Of a DNA stretch of 64,000 bases, positions 20,155 to 30,222 are shown in pieces (the first letter of the stretch is position 1; every line of letters starts with the position of its first letter). Location: assembly GCA_003216035.1 (NCBI GenBank), contig QCJM01000002.1, forward strand, positions 82,426-146,425, given 5' to 3'. Origin of the DNA: Prochlorococcus sp. AG-409-B13. GTDB lineage: Bacteria > Cyanobacteriota > Cyanobacteriia > PCC-6307 > Cyanobiaceae. The position numbers and the translations under genes were made by a program. Under the pieces are notes generated by a model. It worked only from the letters and a program-made list of their open reading frames with translations. It searched no databases and was not told where the DNA came from.

Positions 20155-21987
20155 GTGCCTCTTCTAAAGGGCCAAACGGTTCATCGACTTAGCCGTTTGT
20201 TTCGGGTGATTCCCCGCAGGCGCGTCAGGTCACTGATGGCTGTTATCCCACTATCTGCCCTTACTGGAATTTTAGATCTTGGCACGGTCGCTGTTGCAGC
20301 TCGCCTAGCAGGGAGCTTAGTTGGACAAAAGCTAAATGACGCAATACCAGGCATTAAAGTTTTTGGCGGTTCAATTGGAGACCAATCCTTATGGTTGGTT
20401 CTTATTTTCGTATTACTTAGCTGGTTAGGTTCAACTACAAAGTTAATTCTGAAAGTATTTCAAGAAAGATTAACTGCCCAAGTCTGGAGGGATATTTCGG
20501 ATCGAATTCTAGGCAGAATTATTGGCCAGCCTTATGAATACTATTTAACTGCCAAGAGCTCAGCAATATCAGCACAAATTATGGCAAATATGCAAAGAGT
20601 CTCAGATCTAATAATAGCCCCTATACTTACTATTGCATCCAGTTCAATTGTACTTATATTTCTTTCAATAGCGCTAGGGCTTACATTAGGAATTAAAGCA
20701 ATAGCTCTTTTAACATTGCTTGGGATAGCTTTCTTAATTATATCCTCTTTAGTTGTTCCATATTTGCGACACGCCTCAAAGCAAAGAGTAAGACTTGATG
20801 TTCTTGCTAACTCATTATTAAATCAAATTTTTTATTCTATTCGTGATATTCACCTAACGCATACTGGAAAATATTTTGAATCAAGATTTGTCAAAGCAGG
20901 TGAAGCTGCAAAGTCTTTTGAATGGATTTCCAAGCTTCTGCCTGATGTCCCTCGCTTTGTAATTGAACCTTTAGCAATTACATTTATATTCTCAGCTGCT
21001 CTTATCCCAAAAATTGGTCAACCTGGTAATGAAGATCTTGCTATCACATTAATTCCTTTTGTCAGTACATTTGTAGTTGCATCTGTCAAAATAACACCTC
21101 CACTTCAAGATCTCTTCAAAGCAATAACAAGGTTGAGAGGGGCCTTGCCAGAAGTCGATTCAGCACTGGCATATTTAGAATTACCTGCTCCAATTAGAGC
21201 CTTTGTTCAGACAGATAGCTTATCTCCAGATGGTGTTTTTCCAAGAAGAGAAATCTCCCTACATAAAGTCGGCTATAGATATCCAGAAGCCGAGCAGGCT
21301 GCACTGCGATCTATCTCGATAAATGTCCCAGTTGGGTCAAGAGTTGCATTAATGGGCCCAACTGGAAGTGGAAAAACAACTCTCTCAAGCATCCTTCTGG
21401 CACATTTAGAGCCAATGACAGGTCAGATGCTCCTGGATGGAATACCCCTAGCCAACTCAGACATCTCTGCTTGGCAAAGATGTTGTTCCGAAGTCCCTCA
21501 AAATATACATCTTCTAGATGGAAGTATTCTTGAAAATATTGCCCTAGGTAGATCTGAAGAAGAGATAAATCATGATGAAGTATGGGATGCAATAACTGCA
21601 GCACAACTTTACGATCTTATAACTGAAATGCCTCATGGGCTTTATACTTGCATTGGAGAGAATGGTTTCAACCTCTCTGGAGGTCAAAGGCAAAGAATTG
21701 CACTTGCAAGAGCATTTTATAAAAAAACGAAATTTCTAGTTCTAGACGAAGCTACAAGTTCATTGGACGAAAAAACAGAGACAGATGTTATCAATTCATT
21801 AGAAATCGTAGGGAGACGCTGCACAACCGTTGTAATAGCGCACCGTTTAAACACGCTTTCAAAATGTGATCAAATCTATGAGATTAAAGATGGACTAGTT
21901 GCTGCTTCTGGTACTTATGAAGACTTATGCAACCCAAATCATTTATTAGGTATGAGTGTTAAGGTTTCGACAAACCAAGGGATTTAA
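20155..21987 (+). CDS. ABC exporter, fused permease and ATPase (MsbA/multidrug-like)
   Basis: The N-terminal half is hydrophobic, consistent with the multi-TM permease domain of MsbA-type exporters. It carries Walker A GPTGSGKTT, signature LSGGQRQRIALARA and Walker B FLVLDEATSSLD. The start is GTG. There is no C39 peptidase domain. Confidence 0.85.
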   Translation: MPLLKGQTVHRLSRLFRVIPRRRVRSLMAVIPLSALTGILDLGTVAVAARLAGSLVGQKLNDAIPGIKVFGGSIGDQSLWLVLIFVLLSWLGSTTKLILKVFQERLTAQVWRDISDRILGRIIGQPYEYYLTAKSSAISAQIMANMQRVSDLIIAPILTIASSSIVLIFLSIALGLTLGIKAIALLTLLGIAFLIISSLVVPYLRHASKQRVRLDVLANSLLNQIFYSIRDIHLTHTGKYFESRFVKAGEAAKSFEWISKLLPDVPRFVIEPLAITFIFSAALIPKIGQPGNEDLAITLIPFVSTFVVASVKITPPLQDLFKAITRLRGALPEVDSALAYLELPAPIRAFVQTDSLSPDGVFPRREISLHKVGYRYPEAEQAALRSISINVPVGSRVALMGPTGSGKTTLSSILLAHLEPMTGQMLLDGIPLANSDISAWQRCCSEVPQNIHLLDGSILENIALGRSEEEINHDEVWDAITAAQLYDLITEMPHGLYTCIGENGFNLSGGQRQRIALARAFYKKTKFLVLDEATSSLDEKTETDVINSLEIVGRRCTTVVIAHRLNTLSKCDQIYEIKDGLVAASGTYEDLCNPNHLLGMSVKVSTNQGI

Positions 21988-22049
21988 TTAGATGGGTCTA
22001 TAAGTTTCTTCTTTAAACAAATTCTATAATTAATCAGTTTGTTTAGATC

Positions 22050-23126
22050 TTAAGGGCAAAGATTATAAAGCAAGCTCTCAACTAACCTTGCTGAGCGTTC
22101 CCAATTATAAATCTCTGTCCTAGATTGACCTCTTGTGACAAGACTATGCCTTAGAGAAGAACTAAGAATTATCTGCTTCATGGCATCAGCAATCGTTCCT
22201 GGATTCTTAGGGTTGACTAACAATCCTGCATCAGCCACCACTTCAGGAAGTGCTCCTGCATTTGAAGCAATGACAGGTGTGTTACAAGCCATAGCCTCAA
22301 GAGCTGGCAGACCAAATCCCTCCCAAAAACTTGCAATAACCAAAGCTTGACAAGTATTTAGCAATCTCAAACGCTCATTATCACTAACCCAAGGGATCCA
22401 CCTACATCTCTTAGAAACACCTAAGTTATCTGCAATTTTCTTCAAACTTAGGGTGTAACGTTTGTCCTGAGGGCCAACAAACCAAACTTCTATTTCAGTT
22501 TCCGATAACAATGACAAGGCTTTTAAAACTCCAACAATATTCTTATGAGGATCATGTCGCCCTAAGACCAAAAAGAAAGGTTTCCTCTTCAAATTCAATG
22601 GAGAGATGCTTTGTTTATCAAATCCCAGTGGAATAGTAAAAAGTTTCTTAGTAGGTAAGCCCAAACGCGTATGAACTTCTCGTGCCGTTGCTTCAGAATT
22701 ACACAAAACCTTCACTGCTCTATGTAAAACAATTGGAACATAAGTCAAATGGTAAGCAAGTAATGGAGTCGGTTGAGGGTATCGCAGAGGAATTAGATCA
22801 TGCGCAAAAACAACTGAGCGCACTCCTCTAAATATTGGAGCCTCTGGCACAGGAGAAAGTAACAATGGGACCTTTCTTTGTCGCAACAACCTTGGAAGAA
22901 CTTTTTGTGTCCAAATTAAGCGACGTAAATGGCCCTTGATACCAAACTCAGGCATTAAATTCCCTGGTATAGGAATACTTCCTGGACGCGACCCCCCAAG
23001 AGGATCTAGCAAATGAACCAGCTCAGAATCAAGAGAGTTGATAAGGCAACGTGCTACTACACCAATCCCAGTGGGCTTCCGCCCCAGATAGCTTCCATTA
23101 AATAAAGCCAGCGGTGTAGAGATCAC
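22050..23126 (-). CDS. Glycosyltransferase family 1 (GT4-like)
   Basis: The EGFGLPALEAMACNTPVIASNAGALPEVV (E-x7-E) motif is present. I place the start at the GTG at 23126-23124, which overlaps the TGA of the upstream GT2 gene (GTGA). The ORF-track ATG at 23258 would overlap GT2 by 136 nt. Confidence 0.85.
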   Translation of the reverse strand: MISTPLALFNGSYLGRKPTGIGVVARCLINSLDSELVHLLDPLGGSRPGSIPIPGNLMPEFGIKGHLRRLIWTQKVLPRLLRQRKVPLLLSPVPEAPIFRGVRSVVFAHDLIPLRYPQPTPLLAYHLTYVPIVLHRAVKVLCNSEATAREVHTRLGLPTKKLFTIPLGFDKQSISPLNLKRKPFFLVLGRHDPHKNIVGVLKALSLLSETEIEVWFVGPQDKRYTLSLKKIADNLGVSKRCRWIPWVSDNERLRLLNTCQALVIASFWEGFGLPALEAMACNTPVIASNAGALPEVVADAGLLVNPKNPGTIADAMKQIILSSSLRHSLVTRGQSRTEIYNWERSARLVESLLYNLCP

Positions 23127-23992
23127 TTGAGTGGCCTTCTTAAAGCATCTACCAACCCTTGCATTGCAGCCAAACTTCCAAAAGGAGCGAAGGGCATTCC
23201 CAAGAGAGCACTTCCTATAAGACGCAATACACGCAATACCTGCACCCATAATGGACAATGTCGCTGCAGGAAACGAACATAACTACAAGTTGAGAGACGT
23301 CTTCTTCTTACAGGCGAAGTATGACTACCCTCTCCTCGACTATGGCCAATCAAAATAGAAGATAAAAAAAACATCGGGCTGCCTAATCGAGATAGCCTCA
23401 AACAAAGGTCCATATCCTCGTAATAAAGAGGCAAGGACTCGTCAAAACGCGGTTTCAGGGTGTGAGCAGCTGGCTTCAATAAAAGACTGCATCCACTAAG
23501 CCAATCAACCCTTAAAGACTTCATCATGGTGAAGTTTTCTTGTACTCGACGAGAACGAAACCTCAACCCCTTATCAATCCACCCAGCACTACACTCCAGA
23601 CACCCATCTTTACCAATAACACCAGTTCCAACTAAAGATTTTGGTTCAAAAAATGCCAAGCGAGATTGAAGCTTCTCAAGCGTATCTAGTTCAAGAAACA
23701 TAGTATCTGGATTCAATAACCAGACCCAACCAGTCCATCCTTGATCATTCAATTGGTCTAAACCTCTATTACAACCCTGGCCAAATCCTGATCCTTCTTC
23801 TCCATTAACTATCGAAAATTCGCATTTTACATCTAGATTTATTGGTTCCGCGCTACGAGGGCTGTTATTTACTATTAACCAATGCTCAGGTTGACATGTC
23901 TGCAAATTTAGATCATTTGCCAAGTCACTCAAAGGCTTATGCGAATGATACGCAACTGTAATTATTGCAAGGCCCTTGCTGGGAGTATTCAC
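23123..23992 (-). CDS. Glycosyltransferase family 2 (rhamnosyltransferase-like)
   Basis: The N-terminal LAIITVAYHS, the NNSP segment and the YYEDMDLCLR motif are typical of GT2 enzymes. Confidence 0.85.
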   Translation of the reverse strand: MNTPSKGLAIITVAYHSHKPLSDLANDLNLQTCQPEHWLIVNNSPRSAEPINLDVKCEFSIVNGEEGSGFGQGCNRGLDQLNDQGWTGWVWLLNPDTMFLELDTLEKLQSRLAFFEPKSLVGTGVIGKDGCLECSAGWIDKGLRFRSRRVQENFTMMKSLRVDWLSGCSLLLKPAAHTLKPRFDESLPLYYEDMDLCLRLSRLGSPMFFLSSILIGHSRGEGSHTSPVRRRRLSTCSYVRFLQRHCPLWVQVLRVLRLIGSALLGMPFAPFGSLAAMQGLVDALRRPLK

Positions 23993-24142
23993 GAATATGA
24001 TTCTTCCTAGCCCATTCTGATACTGACATCTTGGCAGTCAGCCGAAAAACATATTTTCATCTGAAGCACCTTTTGCTAAAACGACATAAAAATCATCCCA
24101 GACTTTGCGGAAATCCAGGTCAACAGGATATAGCCTTCGTGG

Positions 24143-26560
24143 ATGAGTTTTCTCTCAGGCCTTAACGAGGCCCAACGTCGTGCCGTTGAACACTTCAATG
24201 GGCCTTTATTGGTCATAGCTGGGGCTGGCAGTGGAAAGACTCGTGCCCTAACTCACCGAATTGCTCATTTAATAGGGGTACATGGTGTTGACCCTGCTGA
24301 AATCTTGGCGGTGACCTTTACTAACAAGGCGGCCCTTGAAATGAAAGAAAGATTGGAGCTGTTGTTAGCCCAAAAACTTTCAGAGAATCAATTTGGGCAA
24401 CCATTAAGTACGCTGCCAGTTATTGAGCAAAGTCAATTACGCAGCCAAATTTACCAAAAAGTCACCAAAGAGCTTTGGATTGGGACCTTTCATGCACTTT
24501 TTGCTCGTTTACTTCGGTTCGACATCGATAAGTTTCGAGATACAGAAGGGTTGCAATGGACACGTCAATTCACAATTTACGACGAGTCAGATGCTCAAAG
24601 TCTTGTAAAAGAGATCGTTACTCAGGAGATGCAATTAGATCCCAAACGTTTTGAGCCAAAGAAAGTTCGCTGGGCTATAAGCCATGCAAAAAACCAAGGG
24701 TTGTCCCCTAAACAATTAGAAGATCAAGCTCAAGGACAACGTGAAAAGCTCATTGCCCATACTTACCAGCTTTACCGCAAAGCATTAGCCGCAAATAACG
24801 CTTTGGACTTTGATGACCTTCTTTTATTGCCAGTGAAATTGCTAGCGCAACAAGACTCAGTGCGCGGTTACTGGCATAAACGCTTCCGACATGTCTTGGT
24901 TGATGAATATCAAGACACAAACCAGACCCAATACCAATTAATCAAACTCTTGGTTACAAACGGTCTAGATCCTTGTTCCTTCAAAGATTGGGATGCTCGC
25001 TCAGTATTTGTTGTTGGCGACGCCGACCAAAGCATCTACAGCTTCCGAGCCGCAGACTTCAGGATACTTATGGGCTTCCAAGAAGATTTTGGAGATAAAG
25101 CCTCAGATGAAACTACCTGCACAATGGTGAAATTAGAAGAGAATTACCGTTCAACTTCAACAATCCTTGAAGCCGCAAATTCTTTAATCTCAAACAACAA
25201 AGAACGCATCGAGAAAGTCTTGAGAGCAACCCGCGGTCAAGGTGACCTGATCAAACTAATTCGCTGTGACGACGAAATTGCAGAAGCAGAGGCTGTAGTT
25301 CATAAATTAAGACTCCTTGAAGCTGCGAATCCAGATCTTCATTGGAAAGATATGGCAGTCCTTTACCGAACAAATGCACAATCAAGAGCAATTGAAGAGT
25401 CTCTAGTAAGATGGGGTATACCTTATGTTGTAGTAGGTGGTTTACGTTTTTACGATCGACGAGAAATAAAAGATATATTGGCATATCTTCGCGTACTACT
25501 AAATACAGCTGACTCAATTAGTCTCCTTAGAGTAATAAACGTACCAAAACGTGGTATCGGTAAAACAACTGTTCAAAGATTGACTGATGCTGCAAATCAA
25601 TTGGCAATTCCTCTATGGGATGTTATTAATGATAAGGAAGCTGTCCTTTCATTAGGTGGTAGGTCAGCAAAAGGCCTCCTAATATTCTCCGAACTAATTA
25701 ATGACCTTCAACAATCTATACAAGATGTCCAACCTTCTGAACTAATACAACAAGTGATTGAGAAAAGTGGTTATTTAAGCGAGCTAATTGCAAATGCCAC
25801 AGATGAAGCTGAAGAACGCCGCCGCAACCTTCAAGAACTAGTTAATGCTGCTCTCCAGTACCAAGAAGAAAATGAAGATTCTGATCTAGAAGGTTTTCTT
25901 GCTTCAGCCGCATTGGCAAGTGATGCAGACAACAAAGATACTGCTATTGATCGAATCACCTTAATGACCTTGCACAGCAGCAAAGGCCTGGAGTTCCCTG
26001 TAGTTTGTTTAGTAGGGATGGAACAAGGTCTATTCCCAAGCTATAGAGCACTGGACAATCCAGCTTCATTAGAAGAAGAAAGAAGACTTTGTTATGTAGG
26101 CCTAACAAGAGCAAAAGAGAAACTTTTTCTTACACATGCCACAGAAAGAAGATTTTGGGGAGGGATGCGTGAGCCTGCTTTGCCCTCAAGATTCCTCTCA
26201 GAAATTCCCGAAGAGCTATTAGAAGGAGATCTTCCTCAGAGTGGAGGTGCTCCCATAAGACGGGAAAAACGTCTTGAGCGGCTCACTAGAGTCGACCGTC
26301 AATACAACCCAAACCTTAATTCAATAAATAGTAAAGAAAGCCCTAGCAATTCACTTCGGAGAAGGCACATTGGCCCTTCACGAAACAAAAATTGGGAGAT
26401 AGGGGATCAAATACAACACGCAAATTTTGGCAAAGGAGAAATTACACATATATTCGGTAGCGGTGCAAAAATATCAATTGCGGTCAAGTTTAATGGCCTT
26501 GGAGGGCCTAAAATTCTTGACCCTAGATTAGCTCCTATAAAGCCATTAGGAATAGACTAA
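24143..26560 (+). CDS. pcrA: ATP-dependent DNA helicase, UvrD/PcrA family
   Basis: Walker A AGAGSGKTR, motif II VDEYQDTN, the VGDADQSIYSFRAA motif and TLHSSKGLEFPVV are present. Confidence 0.93.
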   Translation: MSFLSGLNEAQRRAVEHFNGPLLVIAGAGSGKTRALTHRIAHLIGVHGVDPAEILAVTFTNKAALEMKERLELLLAQKLSENQFGQPLSTLPVIEQSQLRSQIYQKVTKELWIGTFHALFARLLRFDIDKFRDTEGLQWTRQFTIYDESDAQSLVKEIVTQEMQLDPKRFEPKKVRWAISHAKNQGLSPKQLEDQAQGQREKLIAHTYQLYRKALAANNALDFDDLLLLPVKLLAQQDSVRGYWHKRFRHVLVDEYQDTNQTQYQLIKLLVTNGLDPCSFKDWDARSVFVVGDADQSIYSFRAADFRILMGFQEDFGDKASDETTCTMVKLEENYRSTSTILEAANSLISNNKERIEKVLRATRGQGDLIKLIRCDDEIAEAEAVVHKLRLLEAANPDLHWKDMAVLYRTNAQSRAIEESLVRWGIPYVVVGGLRFYDRREIKDILAYLRVLLNTADSISLLRVINVPKRGIGKTTVQRLTDAANQLAIPLWDVINDKEAVLSLGGRSAKGLLIFSELINDLQQSIQDVQPSELIQQVIEKSGYLSELIANATDEAEERRRNLQELVNAALQYQEENEDSDLEGFLASAALASDADNKDTAIDRITLMTLHSSKGLEFPVVCLVGMEQGLFPSYRALDNPASLEEERRLCYVGLTRAKEKLFLTHATERRFWGGMREPALPSRFLSEIPEELLEGDLPQSGGAPIRREKRLERLTRVDRQYNPNLNSINSKESPSNSLRRRHIGPSRNKNWEIGDQIQHANFGKGEITHIFGSGAKISIAVKFNGLGGPKILDPRLAPIKPLGID

Positions 26561-26614
26561 AGGAAACTTAATCAGTTTCAAAAAGTATAGGTAGAACTTA
26601 CTATTTCTCATCTT

Positions 26615-27868
26615 ATGGAGTCTTCGGTCAACATTGAATTTGGACTTAATCTAGAAGTCCTGCCAATGAGCTTGCTGATAAGAGTAAAAGAAATTGCTTA
26701 CGAAGAAGGAATACGTCGAATTGCATTAATTGGAGGCGCTGTAAGAGATAGCCTCCTAAGCAAATATCATAATCATCATTGGGGAGGCCTTAAAGACGTT
26801 GATCTCATAGTTGAAGGGTCCGCAACACAATTAGCAGAGGCTTTACAAAGAGAGTTCGAGGCAAGTCGAATTTCTAAGTTACATATTCATAAAGCATATA
26901 ATACTGTCGAGATAACAATTGATGGAATCTCAATTGATTTGGCCACTGCCAGACTAGAAAAATATGAAGTCCTTGCGGAGAACCCAAAAGTAACTCCCAG
27001 CTCAATAGAGGAAGACCTCGCAAGAAGAGATTTCACTATCAATTCAATAGCGATAGATCTATCTAGTCTTAGCCTGATAGACCCAAATAATGGACTTACT
27101 GATTTAGTAGAGAAGAAGCTTAACTTTATTCACAATCACAGCGTGGAGGAAGATCCCACAAGAATAATAAGAGCTGCACGGTACAGCGCAAGACTTGATT
27201 TTGCACTATCACCGGATGCAATACATCAAATCAAAACAACACTTAAAAGATGGCCTTGGCAATGGCTTCACACTACCTCACCTGAACTTGCACCAAGCGC
27301 TCTAGGAGTTCGGCTTCGCTCAGAAACAGAACTGCTCTTAACTAATGAGCCATGGGAATTAGCTCTAGAGTATTTACAGGATTGGGGGGCATTATTATTA
27401 TTCGATGAAGGATTGCAAAATGATCATAGATGGCAGCAAAGGCTTTTATGGGCCTCCAAGTTAGGAGTAAAACCACTGACAGCATTAATAGCAGGAGCAG
27501 AAGATTCTTGTGCTCTAGGCAATAGACTAAAGCTAGGAGAGGATCAGCAAAGGCTACTCAGAGATAGCCTAAAGTTAAACACCTATCTCTCTTCAATTAA
27601 ACGCACTCAAGACCGCCTGAATTGGACAGCATCCCGCTGGTCCAATGAATTGGAAAAGCCAAATTGGAAGCCTGAAGCTGTATTAATTTCAATCTGTCTT
27701 GGTATTGAGAATTGGGAGTATTTACTCAGATGGTGGGATGTGTGGAGAAAAATAAAGCCAGATATCTCTGCACATAAGCTTATAGAAGATGGGTGGGATC
27801 CCGGCCCCAAACTTGGAGCAGAGTTACAAAGACTTAGAGAGGAAATGATCGATCTAGAAGAGGAATAA
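26615..27868 (+). CDS. tRNA nucleotidyltransferase / poly(A) polymerase family protein
   Basis: GGAVRDSLL and RRDFTINSIA head-domain motifs are present, together with RIIRAARYSARL. I saw no HD domain. Confidence 0.8.
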   Translation: MESSVNIEFGLNLEVLPMSLLIRVKEIAYEEGIRRIALIGGAVRDSLLSKYHNHHWGGLKDVDLIVEGSATQLAEALQREFEASRISKLHIHKAYNTVEITIDGISIDLATARLEKYEVLAENPKVTPSSIEEDLARRDFTINSIAIDLSSLSLIDPNNGLTDLVEKKLNFIHNHSVEEDPTRIIRAARYSARLDFALSPDAIHQIKTTLKRWPWQWLHTTSPELAPSALGVRLRSETELLLTNEPWELALEYLQDWGALLLFDEGLQNDHRWQQRLLWASKLGVKPLTALIAGAEDSCALGNRLKLGEDQQRLLRDSLKLNTYLSSIKRTQDRLNWTASRWSNELEKPNWKPEAVLISICLGIENWEYLLRWWDVWRKIKPDISAHKLIEDGWDPGPKLGAELQRLREEMIDLEEE

Positions 27869-27893
27869 TTATTAACTTCAATTCAACTAAGTC

Positions 27894-30086
27894 CTAATAA
27901 ACTCTCCCAATCTTGTACCAAGAGCTAGTAGCGACTAATTCTTGTGCAACAGATGGAGCGACTGAAATCATTAAAGGGCCACAAGTCTGAGGATCCACAA
28001 TTAATTCCAATAAAGAACTATATTCCATACTGCCTATAGGAAGATCACCAATGTCTAATTCAACTGGTGCCCGACCCTCTTTAGTTTTTTCAAGTAAATA
28101 CAAAGAGCTTCGATTTTTAGGTGCCAATGTACTGGCATAGCCAGCATCGAAAAGTGTCATTGCTCCATTGAAAGAGGCTATTGAAGCAGCTTCTAATGTA
28201 ATCCTTATTGGCATGAGTCTTTTGCAAGATCTTATATAGTTCGTTGCGTGAATCATTTCACCTAAATGGCCTAAAAGGCCAAAACCAGTAACATCAGTGC
28301 ATGCATGAACTACAGGCAAGTCTGAAATTTGCCCTTGCATCTTTTGTAGGTTCTCAATTAAATAATGCTGGCTAGTAGCCATCTGTTGAACTGCGGCATC
28401 TAAATCATGAGGATTCAATCCACCTAACATCGCGGCTCTAAATAAAACGCCACTTCCCAAGGCTCTGCTCAAAAGCAACTCATCTCCTGGCCGAAATCCT
28501 CCTTTAGTCCAAGGAGCGATCCCAGCACCTAAGAATCCATTAATAGTTAGAGAGATTTGGACCTCAAGACTGATCGGGTTAGATCCTTCGCTGCGAGATT
28601 CAACGGTATGCCCCCCTATAAGATTTGCACCCTGTAGGTCCAAAGCAGATTGAATACCTGAAAGGCTTTGAGCTAATAGCTCCTTTTGCAGTGCTGCTGA
28701 TGTCGCTGGAAGAGTTATCACACATTGCGCTGAACGCACAAAAGCACCACTTGCCCAAAGATCAGAACAAGCATGAAGAGTAGTTAGCCGTGCATTAAGC
28801 CAAGGATCACTTACTAATGCTGGAAACCCATCAACGCTTTGAAGTAAACATTCTCCATTTAATGAAGTCGCAACAAAAGCTGCATCTTCTGGATGCTTAT
28901 TCAATTTAGAAAGCTTTGCTTGATGTAATGCATCAAACAAAGGCTTGGCCCCAACCTTGGCTGCACATCCACGGCAAGCAGTTTTATTAGAGTTTTTATG
29001 AATCAAGCTATTCATCTTCAAAGTCCTATTAAGCCTTGCCATAAATCTCCTATCTATGGCTTCTTTACACCTCCAAAGCCAATGAAATGGGCCAAGAATA
29101 ATGCCTCCCCAAAGCGCCCAAGCAACTGCACGATCATTAGGCTTGACTAACCCTCCAAGCAGCTGCAGGGCTCTACGCTGCGGATACCAAGGGATAGTCT
29201 TCAAATTGAGGCTAAATCGCTCTAGATTCCTTGCTAATGGCTTAGCGGCCCGTACTGCCCAAACACCTGAAGCCGGGCGAAAATTATTACTTATTACTCC
29301 ACAATCACCAGCAGCAAATATATGAGGGAAATTAACTACTTGAAGAGTCGCCTCGGTAAGAACTCTCCCTGAGCAATCAACAGGAAGACCACTTTTTTCA
29401 AGCCATCCAGGAGCATGGCTTCCAGTACAACGAAGAGCAGGCCCAACTAAAGGGTCTTGAGTGGGAACAATATCTATTTTTGCTTCAGTTAATACCTTCT
29501 TTAACCTAAGTTTAGGCTGGTCAAAATGAGCTTGAAGCTTTAGTAATCGTTTTGGCCAACGCTTACGTAGAGCGAATGCAACCTCTACTCCTGCGAGGCC
29601 CGCACCAATAACATTTATTGGTTCTTTATTACTTTCAGAAGAATAAATATCTTGCTGTCGAACCCAATCTAATACTTTCTCAAGTGGCTTGATTGGGATA
29701 GCCATCTCATCCTCACTCTTGACTTGCAGAAACTCATCAGCACCATTAGTAACTGAACCAACATCGATACTCAGCCTATCAAAATAGGCAGGAGGTCGAT
29801 TTTTAAGTAGGACACAATCTTCATCTAAATCTAACCCAACTATCTCTGCAATAACAAAAGCAACTCCTGCTTGATTGCACAGTTTTCTGAGGTCAATCAA
29901 TGCTTCATTTTCTTTATAGTAACCAGCAATTAATCCGGGCACCATTCCTGAATAAAGTGATGTGCTGCTTCTATTGATCAAGGTAACAAGTCCTTTAGGC
30001 CTTCGATTGGGATACATCGCCCAACGAAGCAACAAAAGAGCATGGGTATGACCACCTCCAGCAAGAATAAGGTGTTCAGGAAACAT
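27894..30086 (-). CDS. selD: Fusion protein: FAD/NAD(P)-dependent pyridine-nucleotide-disulfide oxidoreductase (NDH-2-like) N-terminal half plus selenide, water dikinase C-terminal half
   Basis: The N-terminal half has LAGGGHTHA and VIGAGLAGVEVA Rossmann motifs plus FAAGDC. The C-terminal half has CRGCAAKVGAK (SelD N-terminal Cys loop) and ACTDVTGFGLLGHL. Confidence 0.85.
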   Translation of the reverse strand: MFPEHLILAGGGHTHALLLLRWAMYPNRRPKGLVTLINRSSTSLYSGMVPGLIAGYYKENEALIDLRKLCNQAGVAFVIAEIVGLDLDEDCVLLKNRPPAYFDRLSIDVGSVTNGADEFLQVKSEDEMAIPIKPLEKVLDWVRQQDIYSSESNKEPINVIGAGLAGVEVAFALRKRWPKRLLKLQAHFDQPKLRLKKVLTEAKIDIVPTQDPLVGPALRCTGSHAPGWLEKSGLPVDCSGRVLTEATLQVVNFPHIFAAGDCGVISNNFRPASGVWAVRAAKPLARNLERFSLNLKTIPWYPQRRALQLLGGLVKPNDRAVAWALWGGIILGPFHWLWRCKEAIDRRFMARLNRTLKMNSLIHKNSNKTACRGCAAKVGAKPLFDALHQAKLSKLNKHPEDAAFVATSLNGECLLQSVDGFPALVSDPWLNARLTTLHACSDLWASGAFVRSAQCVITLPATSAALQKELLAQSLSGIQSALDLQGANLIGGHTVESRSEGSNPISLEVQISLTINGFLGAGIAPWTKGGFRPGDELLLSRALGSGVLFRAAMLGGLNPHDLDAAVQQMATSQHYLIENLQKMQGQISDLPVVHACTDVTGFGLLGHLGEMIHATNYIRSCKRLMPIRITLEAASIASFNGAMTLFDAGYASTLAPKNRSSLYLLEKTKEGRAPVELDIGDLPIGSMEYSSLLELIVDPQTCGPLMISVAPSVAQELVATSSWYKIGRVY

Positions 30087-30222
30087 CCTTATTAAGAGCT
30101 AATTACTGGAGAAACAAACTGCAAATCGAAGATAATAAAGCTACTTTTTGCATAATTTAAGCCAAGGTTGATCTTCATAAGCTTCAAATATAGAAGAATC
30201 TGGTAAACATTAATACAAACCC

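Noticed and set aside
28950-29000. I checked the SelD half of the fusion for a selenocysteine (in-frame TGA) at the active-site loop.
   Set aside because: The loop reads CRGCAAKV with ordinary Cys codons, and the ORF is uninterrupted. There is no recoding signal.
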